Shown here: positions 48,501 to 60,060 of the stretch, one piece after another | Layout: the number at the start of each line of letters is the position of its first letter | Numbering within the stretch: the stretch's first letter is position 1 | Source of the DNA: Columba livia | Lineage: Eukaryota | Length of the DNA: 64,000 nucleotides | NCBI RefSeq assembly: GCF_036013475.1 | Contig: NC_088636.1 | Coordinates: 391,066-455,065 of the forward strand | Direction: 5' to 3' | Made by a program: the position numbers and the translations under genes | Notes under the pieces: generated by a model | Databases searched by the model: none | Told to the model about the DNA's origin: nothing | The model's input: the letters and a program-made list of their open reading frames with translations, nothing else

Positions 48501-50260
48501 CCCCATTGACCCCCATTGACCCCGATTGACCCCCATTGACTCCCATTGTTTCTCATTGACCCCCATTGACCAACGCTGACCCCCGTTGACCCCCGTTGAC
48601 CCCCATTGACCCCCATTGACTCCCATTGACCCCCCATGGCCAACGTTGACTTGATCTCCCTCCCATTGACCCCCGTTGACCCCCATTGACCCCCATTGAC
48701 TCCCATTGACTCCCATTGACCTCCCATGGCCAACGTTGACTTGATCTCCCTCCCATTGACCCCCGTTGACCCCCATTGACCCCCATTGACCCCCATTGAC
48801 TCCCATTGACCTCCCATGGCCAACGTTGACTTGATCTCCCTCCCACTGACCCCCGTTGACCCCCATTGACTCCCATTGACCCCCATTGACCCCCATTGCC
48901 CCCCATTGACTCCCATTGACCTCCATTGACCCCCATTGCCCCCCATTGACTCCCATTGCCCCCCATTGACTCCCATTGACCCCCACTGACTCCCATTGCC
49001 CCCCATTGCCCCCCATTGCCCCACTGCCCCCCCGTGGGGTCCCTCACCGGCGCCGCCGTCCACGAAGCCGCCCACGTGCAGGGTGTAGCCGTCCTCCTCC
49101 CCATGGCCCCATTGACCCATTGACCCCCATTGACCCCCATTGACCCCCATTGACCCCCATTGACTCCCATTGACTCCCATTGACCCCCATTGACTCCCAT
49201 TGACCCCCACTGACTCCCATTGCCCCCCATTGCCCCCCATTGCCCCACTGCCCACCCGTGGGGTCCCTCACCGGCGCCGCCGTCCACGAAGCCGCCCACG
49301 TGCAGGGTGTAGCCGTCCTCCTCCCCATGGCCCCATTGACCCACTGACCCCCACTGACCCCCATTGACCCCCATTGACCCCCATTGACCCCCATTGACTC
49401 TCATTGACTCCCATTGACCCCCATTGACCCCCATTGACTCCCATTGATCCCCATTGACCCCCATTGACTCCCATTGACCCCCATTTACCCCCATTGACTC
49501 CCATTGATCCCCATTGACTCCCATTGACCTCCATTGACTCCCATTGACCTCCATTGATTCCCATTGACCCCCATTGACTCCCATTGATCCCCATTGACTC
49601 CCATTGACCCCCATTGACCCCCATTGACCCCCATTGACTCCCATTGACCAATGCTGACTCCCGTTGACCCCCATTGACTCCCATTGACCCCCCATGGCCA
49701 ACGTTGACTTGATCTCCCTCCCATTGACCCCCATTGACCCCCATTGACCCCCATTGACTCCCATTGACTCCCATTGACTCTCATTGACTCTCATTGAGCC
49801 CCATTGACCCCCATTGACCCCCATTGACCCCCATTGACTCCCATTGACCCCCATTGACCCCGATTGACCCCCGTTGACTCCCATTGATGCCCATTGGCCC
49901 CCATTGGCCCTCATTGACCCCCATTGAACCCCCATTGACCCCCGTTGGCCCCCATTGACCAACGTTGACTTGATATCCCTCCCATTGATCCCCATTGACT
50001 CTCATTGACTCCCATTGCCCCCCATTGCCCCCCATTGACTCCCATTGCCCCCCATTGCCCCCCATTGCCCCCCATTGACTCCCATTGCCCCCCATTGACT
50101 CCCATTGCCCCCCATTGACTCCCATTGACTCCTATTGACCAACGTTGACTTGATGTCCCTCCCACTGACTCCCATTGCCCCCCATTGCCCCCCATTGCCC
50201 CCCATTGATCCCCATTGACCCCCACTGACTCCCATTGCCCCCCATTGCCCCACTGCCCCC
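45590..50260. repeat. Tandem satellite, 10-bp unit (CCCATTGACC/CCCATTGACT/CCCATTGCCC) with the recurring marker CCAACGTTGACTTGATGTCCCTCCCATTGAC; it embeds two partial copies of the MFAP4 exon-4 3' end and donor (49040-49100, 49260-49330)
   Basis: It fills MFAP4 intron 4. The minus-strand ORFs of 450-880 aa ([10 protein letters not shown]...) are artefacts. Confidence 0.9.
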
Positions 50261-50276
50261 CCGTGGGGTCCCTCAC

Positions 50277-50459
50277 CGGCGCCGCCGTCCACGAAGCCGC
50301 CCACGTGCAGGGTGTAGCCGTCCTCCTCGGCGCTCACGGCGTGGGGCGACAGCGCGAAGCTGCCGTAGGTGGCGGCCGCCGTGTTGTTCTCGAAGTCCTC
50401 GAGCTCCACGCGCAGCTCGTAGCGGCCCTGCAGCGTCAGCAGGTGCAGCGCCTGCAGCC
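50277..50459 (-). CDS. MFAP4: MFAP4 exon 4
   Basis: The acceptor is cccacacgcag and the donor is GTGAGG. The translation is (G)LQALHLLTLQGRYELRVELEDFENNTAAATYGSFALSPHAVSAEEDGYTLHVGGFVDGGA(G), compared with LQNMHLLTLKQKYELRVDLEDFENNTAYAKYADFSISPNAVSAEEDGYTLFVAGFEDGGAG. Confidence 0.9.
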
Positions 50460-50464
50460 CTGCG

Positions 50465-51990
50465 TGTGGGGCACATGTGGGGTGAGATTGGGGGTACAAA
50501 TGGGGCACAGTGGGGCGGGATATTGGGCAGGATCTGGGCAGGATGTGGGGTGGATGTGGGGCAGAAGATGGGGCACAGTGGGGTGGGATGTGGGCAGGAT
50601 GTGGGGTGGATGTGGGGCAGGATGTGGGGCAGCTCGTAGCGGCCCTGCAGCGTCAGCAGGTGCAGCGCCTGCAGCCCTGCGTGTGGGGCAGATGTGGGGT
50701 GAGATTTGGGGTACAAATGGGGCACAGTGGGGCGGGATATGGGGCAGGATCTGGGCAGGATGTGGGTGGGATATTGGGCAGGACATGGGTGGGATGTGGG
50801 GCCGATGTGGGGCAGAAGATGGGGCACAGTGGGGCGGGATATTGAGCAGGATCTGGGCAGGATGTGGGGTGGATGTGGGGCAGGATGTGGGTGGGATGTG
50901 GGGCAGAAGATGGGGCACAGTGGGGCGGGATATTGGGCAGGATGTGGGGTGGATGTGGGGCAGGATGTGGGGCAGGATGTGGGTGGGATGTGGGGCAGAA
51001 GATGGGGCACAGTGGGGCGGGATATTGAGCAGGATCTGGGGCAGGATGTGGGGCAGGATGTGGGGCGGGATGTGGGGCCGATGTGGGGCAGAAGATGGGG
51101 CACAGTGGGGCGGGATATTGGGCAGGATGTGGGGTGGATGTGGGGCAGGATGTGGGGCAGGATGTGGGTGGGATGTGGGGCAGAAGATGGGGCACAGTGG
51201 GGCGGGATATTGAGCAGGATGTGGGGTGGATGTGGGGCAGGATGTGGGGCAGCTCGTAGCGGCCCTGCAGCGTCAGCAGGTGCAGCGCCTGCAGCCCTGC
51301 GTGTGGGGCACATGTGGGGTGAGATTGGGGGTACAAATGGGGCACAGTGGGGCGGGATATTGGGCAGGATCTGGGCAGGATGTGGGGTGGATGTGGGGCG
51401 GGATGTGGGTGGGATGTGGGGCAGAAGATGGGGCACAGTGGGGCGGGATATTGGGCAGGATGTGGGGTGGATGTGGGGCAGGATGTGGGGCAGCTCGTAG
51501 CGGCCCTGCAGCGTCAGCAGGTGCAGCACCTGCAGCCCTGCGTGTGGGGCACATGTGGGGTGAGATTTGGGGTACAAATGGGGCACAGTGGGGCGGGATA
51601 TGGGGCAGGATCTGGGCAGGATGTGGGTGGGATGTGGGGTGGATGTGGGGCAGAAGATGGGGCGGGATGTGAGGTACAAATGGGGCATAGGGGGGTGGGA
51701 TATGGGGCAGGATGTGGGTGGGATGTGGGGCACAACATGGGCGGGATGTGGGGCAGAACATGGGGCGGGATGTGGGGCAGGATATGGGCAGGATGTGGGT
51801 GGGATGTGGGGCAGATGTGGGGCAGGATATAGGGCAGGATGTGGGGCAGGAGTGGGGCAGATGTGGGGCAGATGTGGGGCAGGAGTGGGGCAGATGTGGG
51901 GCAGGATGTGGGGCAGGATGTGGGGCAGAAGATGGGGCGGGATGTGGGACAGATATGGGGTGGGATGTGGGGCAGGATGTGGGGTATACT
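50465..51990. repeat. Tandem satellite, about 13-16-bp unit (GGATGTGGGGCAG and variants), with 3 embedded copies of the MFAP4 exon-4 5' end and acceptor (50628-50750, 51250-51360, 51488-51600)
   Basis: It fills MFAP4 intron 3. Confidence 0.85.
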
Positions 51991-52320
51991 GGTTTATACT
52001 GGTCTATACTGGTTCATACTGCTCTATACTGGTCTATACTGGTTTACACTGGTCCATACTGGTCCATACTGGTCTATACTGGTCCATACTGGTTTACACT
52101 GGTCCATACTGGTCTATACTGGTCTACACTGGTCTATACTGGTCCATACTGGTCTATACTGGTTTACACTGGTCTATACTGGTCTATACTGGTCCATACT
52201 GGTTTACACTGGTCCATACTGGTCTATACTGCTCTATACTGGTCCATACTGGTTTACACTGGTCCATACTGGTCCATACTGGTCTATACTGGTTCACACT
52301 GGTCCATACTGGTCCAAACT
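51990..52320. repeat. Tandem satellite, 10-bp unit (CTGGTCCATA/CTGGTCTATA)
   Basis: It abuts the MFAP4 exon 3 donor. Confidence 0.9.
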
Positions 52321-52328
52321 GGACTCAC

Positions 52329-52425
52329 CCAGCCAGTACTCGCCGTCGGCGCGTCCAAACCCCTGCTTGTAGTCGTTCCAGCCCCGGAAAAAACTGACGG
52401 ATCCGTTAAATCGCTTCTGAAAAAC
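52329..52425 (-). CDS. MFAP4: MFAP4 exon 3
   Basis: The acceptor is cgtaattcag and the donor is GTGAGT. The translation is [32 protein letters not shown](G), compared with MFAP4 [33 protein letters not shown]. Confidence 0.9.
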
Positions 52426-52429
52426 CTGA

Positions 52430-53500
52430 ATTACGGGAGGGGGTTGGGGGGCCACCCGGACGCCTGGGTCCCTCCCCGAACGCCTGGGTCCCTCTCGGAC
52501 GCCTGGGTCCCCTCCCTCACTCCTGGGTCCCCCCCGCACTCCTGGGTCCCTCCCGAACACCTGCATCTCCCCTATATGAGATGGGTCCCTTAGGGAGACC
52601 AGATCTACCGATCTGGTGCTCAGGAGCACCAGGTCTACCACAATTCGGTCTCCCCACCCGGCACTCCTGGGTCCCCTCCCGAACTCCTGGGTCCCTCCCG
52701 AACTCCTGGGTCCCCCTGTACTCCTGGGTCCCTCCCGCGCTCCTGGGTCCCCTCTTAGACTTCTGGGTCGTCCCCCCCGCACTCCTGGGTCCCCTCCCAA
52801 ACTCCTGGCTATCTCCCGCACTCCTGGGTTCCCCCCGTACTCCTGGGTTCCCCCCCGCACTCCTGGGTCCCTCCTGCACTCCTGGGTCCCCCCCGCCCTC
52901 CTGGTTCGCCCCCCACACGCCTGTATCCCACATTAATTACATGGGTCACTCAGGGAGACCAGGTCTATCCAGGACCCACCCAGGGCCATCAGGTCTACCC
53001 CGAACATGATCCCTCGGAACTCCTGGGTTCCCTCCCGCATTCCTGGGTCCCTCCCGCACTCCTGGGTCCCTCCCGCACTCCTGGGTCCTCCGCGCCCTCC
53101 TGGTTCCCCCCCCAATGCCTGTATTCCGCATTAATTATATGGGTCACTCAAGGAGACCAGGTCTACCCAGGACCCACCCGGGGCCATCAGGTCTACCCTG
53201 AACATGATCCCTGGGTTCCCTCCCGAACTCCTGGGTTCCCTCCCGAACTCCTGGGTTGCCCCCCGCACTCCTGGGTCCCCTTGCACTCCTGGGTCCCTCC
53301 TGCACTCCTGGCCCCCCCCCCCCCACGCCTGCATCCCACATTATTTGGGTCACTCAGGGAGACCAGGTCTACCCAGGACCCACCCGGGGCCACCAGGTCT
53401 ACCCCAAAGTTGTTCCCTGGGAACTCCTGGGTTCCCTCCTGAACTCCTGGGTTCCCCCCCGAACTCCTGGGTCCCCCCGCACTCCCGGGTCCCCCCCGCA
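52430..53500. repeat. Tandem satellite, about 20-bp unit (CGCACTCCTGGGTCCCTCCC) with a roughly 190-210-bp higher-order marker (CATTAATTACATGGGTCACTCAGGGAGACCAGGTCTACCCAGGACCCACCC)
   Basis: The marker recurs at about 52920, 53110 and 53330. This is the reverse orientation of the GGGACCCAGG family. It fills MFAP4 intron 2. Confidence 0.85.
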
Positions 53501-53518
53501 CTCCTGGGTCCCCGGTAC

Positions 53519-53679
53519 CGTCCAGACGTGTCCCTGGGTGCTCATGTCGCAGAAGACGGGCAGGGGGGGCGCCCCGCTGCCCCCCGGGTACACCAGGTAG
53601 ACGCCGTCGTCGCGTTCCCCCCCCGCGTGGATGTCGTGACAGTCGCGGGGGGGCGGGGGCACCTCGCAGGGGGGAGGGG
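53519..53679 (-). CDS. MFAP4: MFAP4 exon 2 (start of the fibrinogen-related domain)
   Basis: The acceptor is tgtcgctgtcgcag and the donor is GTACCG on the minus strand. The translation is (A)PPPCEVPPPPRDCHDIHAGGERDDGVYLVYPGGSGAPPLPVFCDMSTQGHVWT, compared with MFAP4 LDCDDIYAQGYQSDGVYLIYPSGPSVPVPVFCDMTTEGGKWT. Confidence 0.85.
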
Positions 53680-53699
53680 CTGCGACAGCGACACGGGGG

Positions 53700-56600
53700 G
53701 GAGGGGCGGTTGGGGGGGTGGTCCCATCGCCCCCATTGTCCCCATTGTCCCATTGTCCCCATTGTCCCATTGTCCCCATTGTCCCATTGTCCCATTGTCC
53801 CCATTGTCCCCATTGTCCCCATTGTCCCATTGTCCCATTGTCCCCATTGTCCCATTGTCCCCATTGTCCCCATTGTCCCCAATGTCCCCATTGTCCCATT
53901 GTCCCATTGTCCCATTGTCCCCATTGTCCCATTGTCCCCATTGTCCCCATTGTCCCCATTGTCCCCATTGTCCCCATTGTCCCATTGTCCCCATTGTCCC
54001 CATTGTCCCATTGTCCCATTGTCCCATTGTCCCCATTGTCCCATTGTCCCCATTGTCCCCATTGTCCCCAATGTCCCCATTGTCCCATTGTCCCCATTGT
54101 CCCCATTGTCCCATTGTCCCCATTGTCCCCATTGTCCCCATTGTCCCATTGTCCCCATTGTCCCATTGTCCCCATTGTCCCCATTGTCCCCATTGTCCCC
54201 ATTGTCCCATTGTCCCCATTGTCCCATTGTCCCCAATGTCCCATTGTCCCATTGTCCCATTGTCCCATTGTCCCATTGTCCCCATTGTCCCATTGTCCCA
54301 TTGTCCCCATTGTCCCATTGTCCCCATTGTCCCATTGTCCCATTGTCCCCTTGTCCCCTTGTCCCATTGTCCCATTGTCCCATTGTCCCCATTGTCCCAT
54401 TGTCCCCTTGTCCCATTGTCCCATTGTCCCCTTGTCCCATTGTCCCATTGTCCCCATTGTCCCATTGTCCCATTGTCCCATTGTCCCCATTGTCCCATTG
54501 TCCCCATTGTCCCCATTGTCCCCAATGTCCCCATTGTCCCCATTGTCCCATTGTCCCCATTGTCCCATTGTCCCCATTGTCCCCATTGTCCCATTGTCCC
54601 ATTGTCCCATTGTCCCCATTGTCCCATTGTCCCCAATGTCCCATTGTCCCATTGTCCCATTGTCCCCATTGTCCCATTGTCCCCATTGTCCCCTTGTCCC
54701 CACTGTCCCCATTGTCCCCAATGTCCCATTGTCCCATTGTCCCCATTGTCCCCATTGTCCCATTGTCCCCATTGTCCCCATTGTCCCATTGTCCCCATTG
54801 TCCCCACTGTCCCATTGTCCCATTGTCCCATTGTCTGTCCCATTGTCCCCATTGTCCCATTGTCCCATTGTCCCCATTGTCCCATTGTCCCATTGTCCCA
54901 TTGTCCCCATTGTCCCCATTGTCCCCATTGTCCCCTTGTCCCCATTGTCCCATTGTCCCCATTGTCCCATTGTCCCCATTGTCCCCATTGTCCCCATTGT
55001 CCCCATTGTCCCATTGTCCCATTGTCCCCATTGTCCCATTGTCCCCATTGTCCCCATTGTCCCCAATGTCCCCATTGTCCCCATTGTCCCATTGTCCCCA
55101 TTGTCCCATTGTCCCCATTGTCCCCATTGTCCCATTGTCCCATTGTCCCATTGTCCCCATTGTCCCATTGTCCCATTGTCTGTCCCATTGTCCCCATTGT
55201 CCCATTGTCCCATTGTCCCATTGTCCCATTGTCCCATTGTCTGTCCCATTGTCCCCATTGTCCCCTTGTCCCCACTGTCCCCATTGTCCCCAATGTCCCA
55301 TTGTCCCATTGTCCCATTGTCCCCATTGTCCCCATTGTCCCATTGTCCCATTGTCCCCATTGTCCCCACTGTCCCATTGTCCCCATTGTCCCATTGTCCC
55401 ATTGTCCCATTGTCTGTCCCATTGTCCCCATTGTCCCATTGTCCCATTGTCCCCATTGTCCCATTGTCCCCATTGTCCCATTGTCCCCATTGTCCCATTG
55501 TCCCATTGTCCCCATTGTCCCATTGTCCCCATTGTCCCCTTGTCCCATTGTCCCATTGTCCCCATTGTCCCATTGTCCCATTGTCCCATTGTCCCATTGT
55601 CCCCATTGTCCCCTTGTCCCCATTGTCCCATTGTCCCCATTGTCCCATTGTCCCCATTGTCCCCATTGTCCCCATTGTCCCCATTGTCCCATTGTCCCAT
55701 TGTCCCCATTGTCCCATTGTCCCCATTGTCCCCTTGTCCCATTGTCCCATTGTCCCCATTGTCCCCATTGTCCCATTGTCCCCATTGTCCCCATTGTCCC
55801 CATTGTCCCATTGTCCCCATTGTCCCCATTGTCCCCATTGTCCCCATTGTCCCCATTGTCCCCATTGTCCCATTGTCCCCATTGTCCCATTGTCTGTCCC
55901 ATTGTCCCATTGTCCCCATTGTCCCATTGTCCCATTGTCCCCATTGTCCCCATTGTCCCCAATGTCCCCATTGTCCCATTGTCCCATTGTCCCATTGTCC
56001 CCATTGTCCCATTGTCCCCATTGTCCCATTGTCCCATTGTCCCCATTGTCCCCATTGTCCCCATTGTCCCATTGTCCCCATTGTCCCCATTGTCCCATTG
56101 TCCCATTGTCCCATTGTCCCCATTGTCCCCATTGTCCCCATTGTCCCCTTGTCCCCATTGTCCCATTGTCCCCATTGTCCCATTGTCCCCATTGTCCCCA
56201 TTGTCCCATTGTCCCCATTGTCCCCATTGTCCCATTGTCCCCATTGTCCCATTGTCCCATTGTCCCCATTGTCCCATTGTCCCCATTGTCCCCTTGTCCC
56301 ATTGTCCCATTGTCCCCATTGTCCCCATTGTCCCATTGTCCCCATTGTCCCCATTGTCCCATTGTCCCATTGTCTGTCCCATTGTCCCATTGTCCCCATT
56401 GTCCCATTGTCCCATTGTCCCCATTGTCCCATTGTCCCATTGTCCCATTGTCCCCATTGTCCCATTGTCCCATTGTCCCATTGTCCCCATTGTCCCATTG
56501 TCCCATTGTCCCCATTGTCCCCATTGTCCCCATTGTCCCCATTGTCCCATTGTCCCCATTGTCCCATTGTCCCCATTGTCCCATTGTCCCCAATGTCCCC

Positions 56601-58190
56601 ATTGTCCCCATTGTCCCATTGTCCCCATTGTCCCATTGTCCCCATTGTCCCACTGTCCCCATTGTCCCATTGTCCCATTGTCCCATTGTCCCCACTGTCC
56701 CCATTGTCCCATTGTCCCATTGTCCCCATTGTCCCATTGTCCCCATTGTCCCACTGTCCCCATTGTCCCATTGTCCCCATTGTCCCCATTGTCCCCTTGT
56801 CCCATTGTCCCATTGTCCCATTGTCCCCATTGTCCCCATTGTCCCATTGTCCCATTGTCCCATTGTCCCATTGTCCCCATTGTCCCATTGTTCCATTGTC
56901 CCCATTGTCCCATTGTTCCATTGTCCCCATTGTCCCATTGTCCCATTGTCCCATTGTCCCATTGTCCCATTGTCCCCATGTCCCCATGTCCCCATTGTCC
57001 CATTGTCCCATTGTCCCCATTGTCCCCATTGTCCCATTGTCCCCATTGTCCCATTGTCCCCATTGTCCCCATTGTCCCATTGTCCCCATTGTCCCCTTGT
57101 CCCCATTGTCCCATTGTCCCCATTGTCCCCATTGTCCCCATTGTCCCCATTGTCCCATTGTCCCCATTGTCCCATTGTCCCATTGTCCCATTGTCCCCAT
57201 TGTCCCATTGTCCCATTGTCCCAATGTCCCCATTGTCCCCATTGTCCCATTGTCCCCATTGTCCCATTGTCCCCATTGTCCCACTGTCCCCATTGTCCCA
57301 TTGTCCCATTGTCCCATTGTCCCCATTGTCCCCATTGTCCCATTGTCCCCATTGTCCCCTTGTCCCCATTGTCCCATTGTCCCCATTGTCCCCATTGTCC
57401 CCATTGTCCCCATTGTCCCATTGTCCCCATTGTCCCATTGTCCCATTGTCCCATTGTCCCATTGTCCCATTGTCCCCATTGTCCCATTGTCCCCAATGTC
57501 CCCATTGTCCCATTGTCCCCATTGTCCCATTGTCCCATTGTCCCCAATGTCCCATTGTCCCATTGTCCCATTGTCCCATTGTCCCCATTGTCCCCATTGT
57601 CCCATTGTCCCCATTGTCCCCATTGTCCCATTGTCCCCATTGTCCCCATTGTCCCATTGTCCCATTGTCCCATTGTCCCATTGTCCCCATTGTCCCATTG
57701 TCCCATTGTCCCATTGTCCCCATTGTCCCATTGTCCCATTGTCCCATTGTCCCCATTGTCCCCATTGTCCCATTGTCCCCATTGTCCCATTGTCCCATTG
57801 TCCCATTGTCCCCATTGTCCCATTGTCCCCAATGTCCCCATTGTCCCATTGTCCCATTGTCCCATTGTCCCATTGTCCCCATTGTCCCATTGTCCCCATT
57901 GTCCCCATTGTCCCATTGTCCCCAATGTCCCCATTGTCCCATTGTCCCATTGTCCCATTGTCCCATTGTCCCCATTGTCCCATTGTCCCCATTGTCCCCA
58001 TTGTCCCATTGTCCCCAATGTCCCCATTGTCCCATTGTCCCCATTGTCCCCATTGTCCCATTGTCCCCATTGTCCCCATTGTCCCATTGTCCCATTGTCC
58101 CATTGTCCCATTGTCCCATTGTCCCATTGTCCCCATTGTCCCATTGTCCCATTGTCCCATTGTCCCCCTGTCCGTCCCGTGTCCGTCCGT
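53700..58190. repeat. Tandem satellite, 8/9-bp unit (CCCATTGT/CCCCATTGT), 4.5 kb, stop-free in all six frames
   Basis: It fills MFAP4 intron 1. It produces six ORFs of 1500-1700 aa (GQWDNGTMG... and PIVPLSHCP...) that are artefacts. Confidence 0.9.
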
Positions 58191-58195
58191 CTCAC

Positions 58196-58295
58196 CCCGG
58201 GGGCTGATGGGTTGTCCCCCTCCCAGCGCCACCAGTGTCACCAGTGCCAGCAGCAGCACCTGCAGTGGGGACGTATGGGGACCTATAGGATCCAT
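58196..58295 (-). CDS. MFAP4: Microfibril-associated glycoprotein 4, exon 1 (start codon and signal peptide)
   Basis: Minus-strand ATG at 58295-58293. The translation is MDPIGPHTSPLQVLLLALVTLVALGGGQPISPR, which has an n-region, a hydrophobic core and a GGG cleavage region. The exon ends at a GTGAGA donor in phase 1, matching the 2-nt start of the next exon. Confidence 0.65.
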
Positions 58296-60060
58296 GGGGG
58301 GGTCGGGGGGTCCCTATAGGATCCATAGGGGTGTCTGGGGGTTCCTATAGGATCCATGGGGGGGTCGGGGGGTCCCTATAGGATCCATAAGGGGTCCATA
58401 TAAGATCCATAGGGGGATCTGGGGGTTCCTATAGGATCCATAGGGGGGTCGGGGGGTCCCTATAGGATCCATGGGGGGGTCTGGGGGTCCCAATAGGATC
58501 TACAGGAGGTCCCTATAGGATCCATAGGGGGTCAGTTTGATCACTATAGGATCCATAGAGGGTCCCTATAGGATCCATAGGGGGTCCCTATAGGATTCAT
58601 AGGGACGTCTGCGGGTCCCCATGGGATCCATAGGGGGATCCCTATAGGATCTATGGGGGACAGGATTTTGATCCTTATAGGACCCATAGGGGGCTCTGGG
58701 GCTCCCTGTAAGATCCGTAGTGGGGGGGGTTGATCCCTATAGGATCCATAGGGGGATCTGGTGGTCCCTATAGTATCTATAGGGGGGTCTGGGGGTCCCT
58801 ATAGGATCCATACGGGGGTCAGGGGGTCCCTATAGAATCCATAAGGGGGTCTGGGGGTCCCTATAGGATCCATAGGGGGGTCTGGGGTCCCTATAGGATC
58901 CATAGGAGGTCCCTATAGGATCCATAGGGGGTCCATATAAGATCCATGGGGGTGTCTGGGGGTCCCTATAGAATTCATAGGGGGTCCACATAGGATCCAT
59001 GGGGGGGTCTGCGGGTCCCTATAGAATCCATAGAGGGGTCTGGGGTCCCTAGAGGATCCATAGGGGGTCAGGGGGTCCCTATAGGATCCATAGGGGGGTC
59101 AGGGGGTCCCTATAGAATCCATAGGGGGTCCATATAAGATCCATAGGGCGTTGGGGGGTCCCTATAGAATCCATAGGGGGGTTTGGGGGTCCCTATAGGA
59201 TCCATAGGGGGTCCCTATAAGATCCATAGGGGGTTGGGGGTCCCTATAGAATCCATAGGGGGGTCTGGGGGTCCCTATAGAATCCATAAGGGGGTCTGGG
59301 GGTCCCTATAGGATCCATAGGGGGTCCCTATAAGATCCATAGGGGGTTGGGGGTCCCTATAGGATCCGTAAGGGGGTCTGGGGGTCCCTATAGGATGCAT
59401 AGGGGGGTCTGGGGGTCCCTATAGGATGCATAGGGGGTCCCTATAGGATCCATGGGGGGTCCATATAAGATCCATAGGGAGGTCTGGGGTCCCTATAGGA
59501 TCCATAGGGGGGTCGGGGGGTCCCTATAGAATCCATACAGGGGTCTGGGGTCCCTATAAGATCCATAGGGGGTCCTTATAATATCCATAGGGGGGTCGGG
59601 AGGTCCCTATAGAATCCATACGGGGGTCTGGGGGTCCCTATAGGATCCATGGGGGGCCATATAAGATCCATGGGGGGGTCAGGGGGTCCCTATAGAATCC
59701 ATAGGGGGGTTTGGGGATCCCTATACGATCCATAGGGAGTCTGGGGTCCGTATAGGATCCATAGGGGGTCCCTATAAGATCCATAGGGGGTTGGGGGTCC
59801 CTATAGAATCCATAAGGGGGTCTGGGGGTCCCTATAGGATGCATAGGGGGTTCCTATAAGATCCATAGGGGGTCGGGGGTTCCCTATAGGATGCATAGGG
59901 GGGTTTGGGGGTCCCTATAGGATCCATGGGGGGTCCATATAAGATCCATGGGGGGGTCTGGGGGTCCCTATAGGATCCGTAAGGGGGGTCTGGGGTCCCT
60001 ATAGGATGCATAGGGGGGTCTGGGGGTCCCTATAGGATGCGTAGGGTCCCCATAGGATCC
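58270..60060. repeat. Tandem satellite, about 30-bp unit (CCCTATAGGATCCATAGGGGGGTCTGGGGGT)
   Basis: About 60 copies, immediately upstream of the MFAP4 ATG, followed by a degenerate tail at 60300-60880. Confidence 0.9.

Noticed and set aside
45515-50276. Minus-strand ORFs of 450-880 aa ([17 protein letters not shown]...) continuous with the MFAP4 terminal exon.
   Set aside because: This is a stop-free CCCATTGACC satellite. The conserved MFAP4 exon starts at a clean poly-C/AG acceptor at 45516-45515.
53193-58295. Very long ORFs (up to 1700 aa) on both strands across the CCCATTGTC array. Examples are a GQWDNGTMG... ficolin-like 'collagen' on the minus strand and PIVPLSHCPHCP... on the plus strand.
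   Set aside because: They arise because the 8/9-bp unit lacks stop codons in every frame. Unit lengths of 8 and 9 intermix, so no frame keeps strict Gly-X-Y. Splice phases join MFAP4 exon 1 directly to exon 2 without it.
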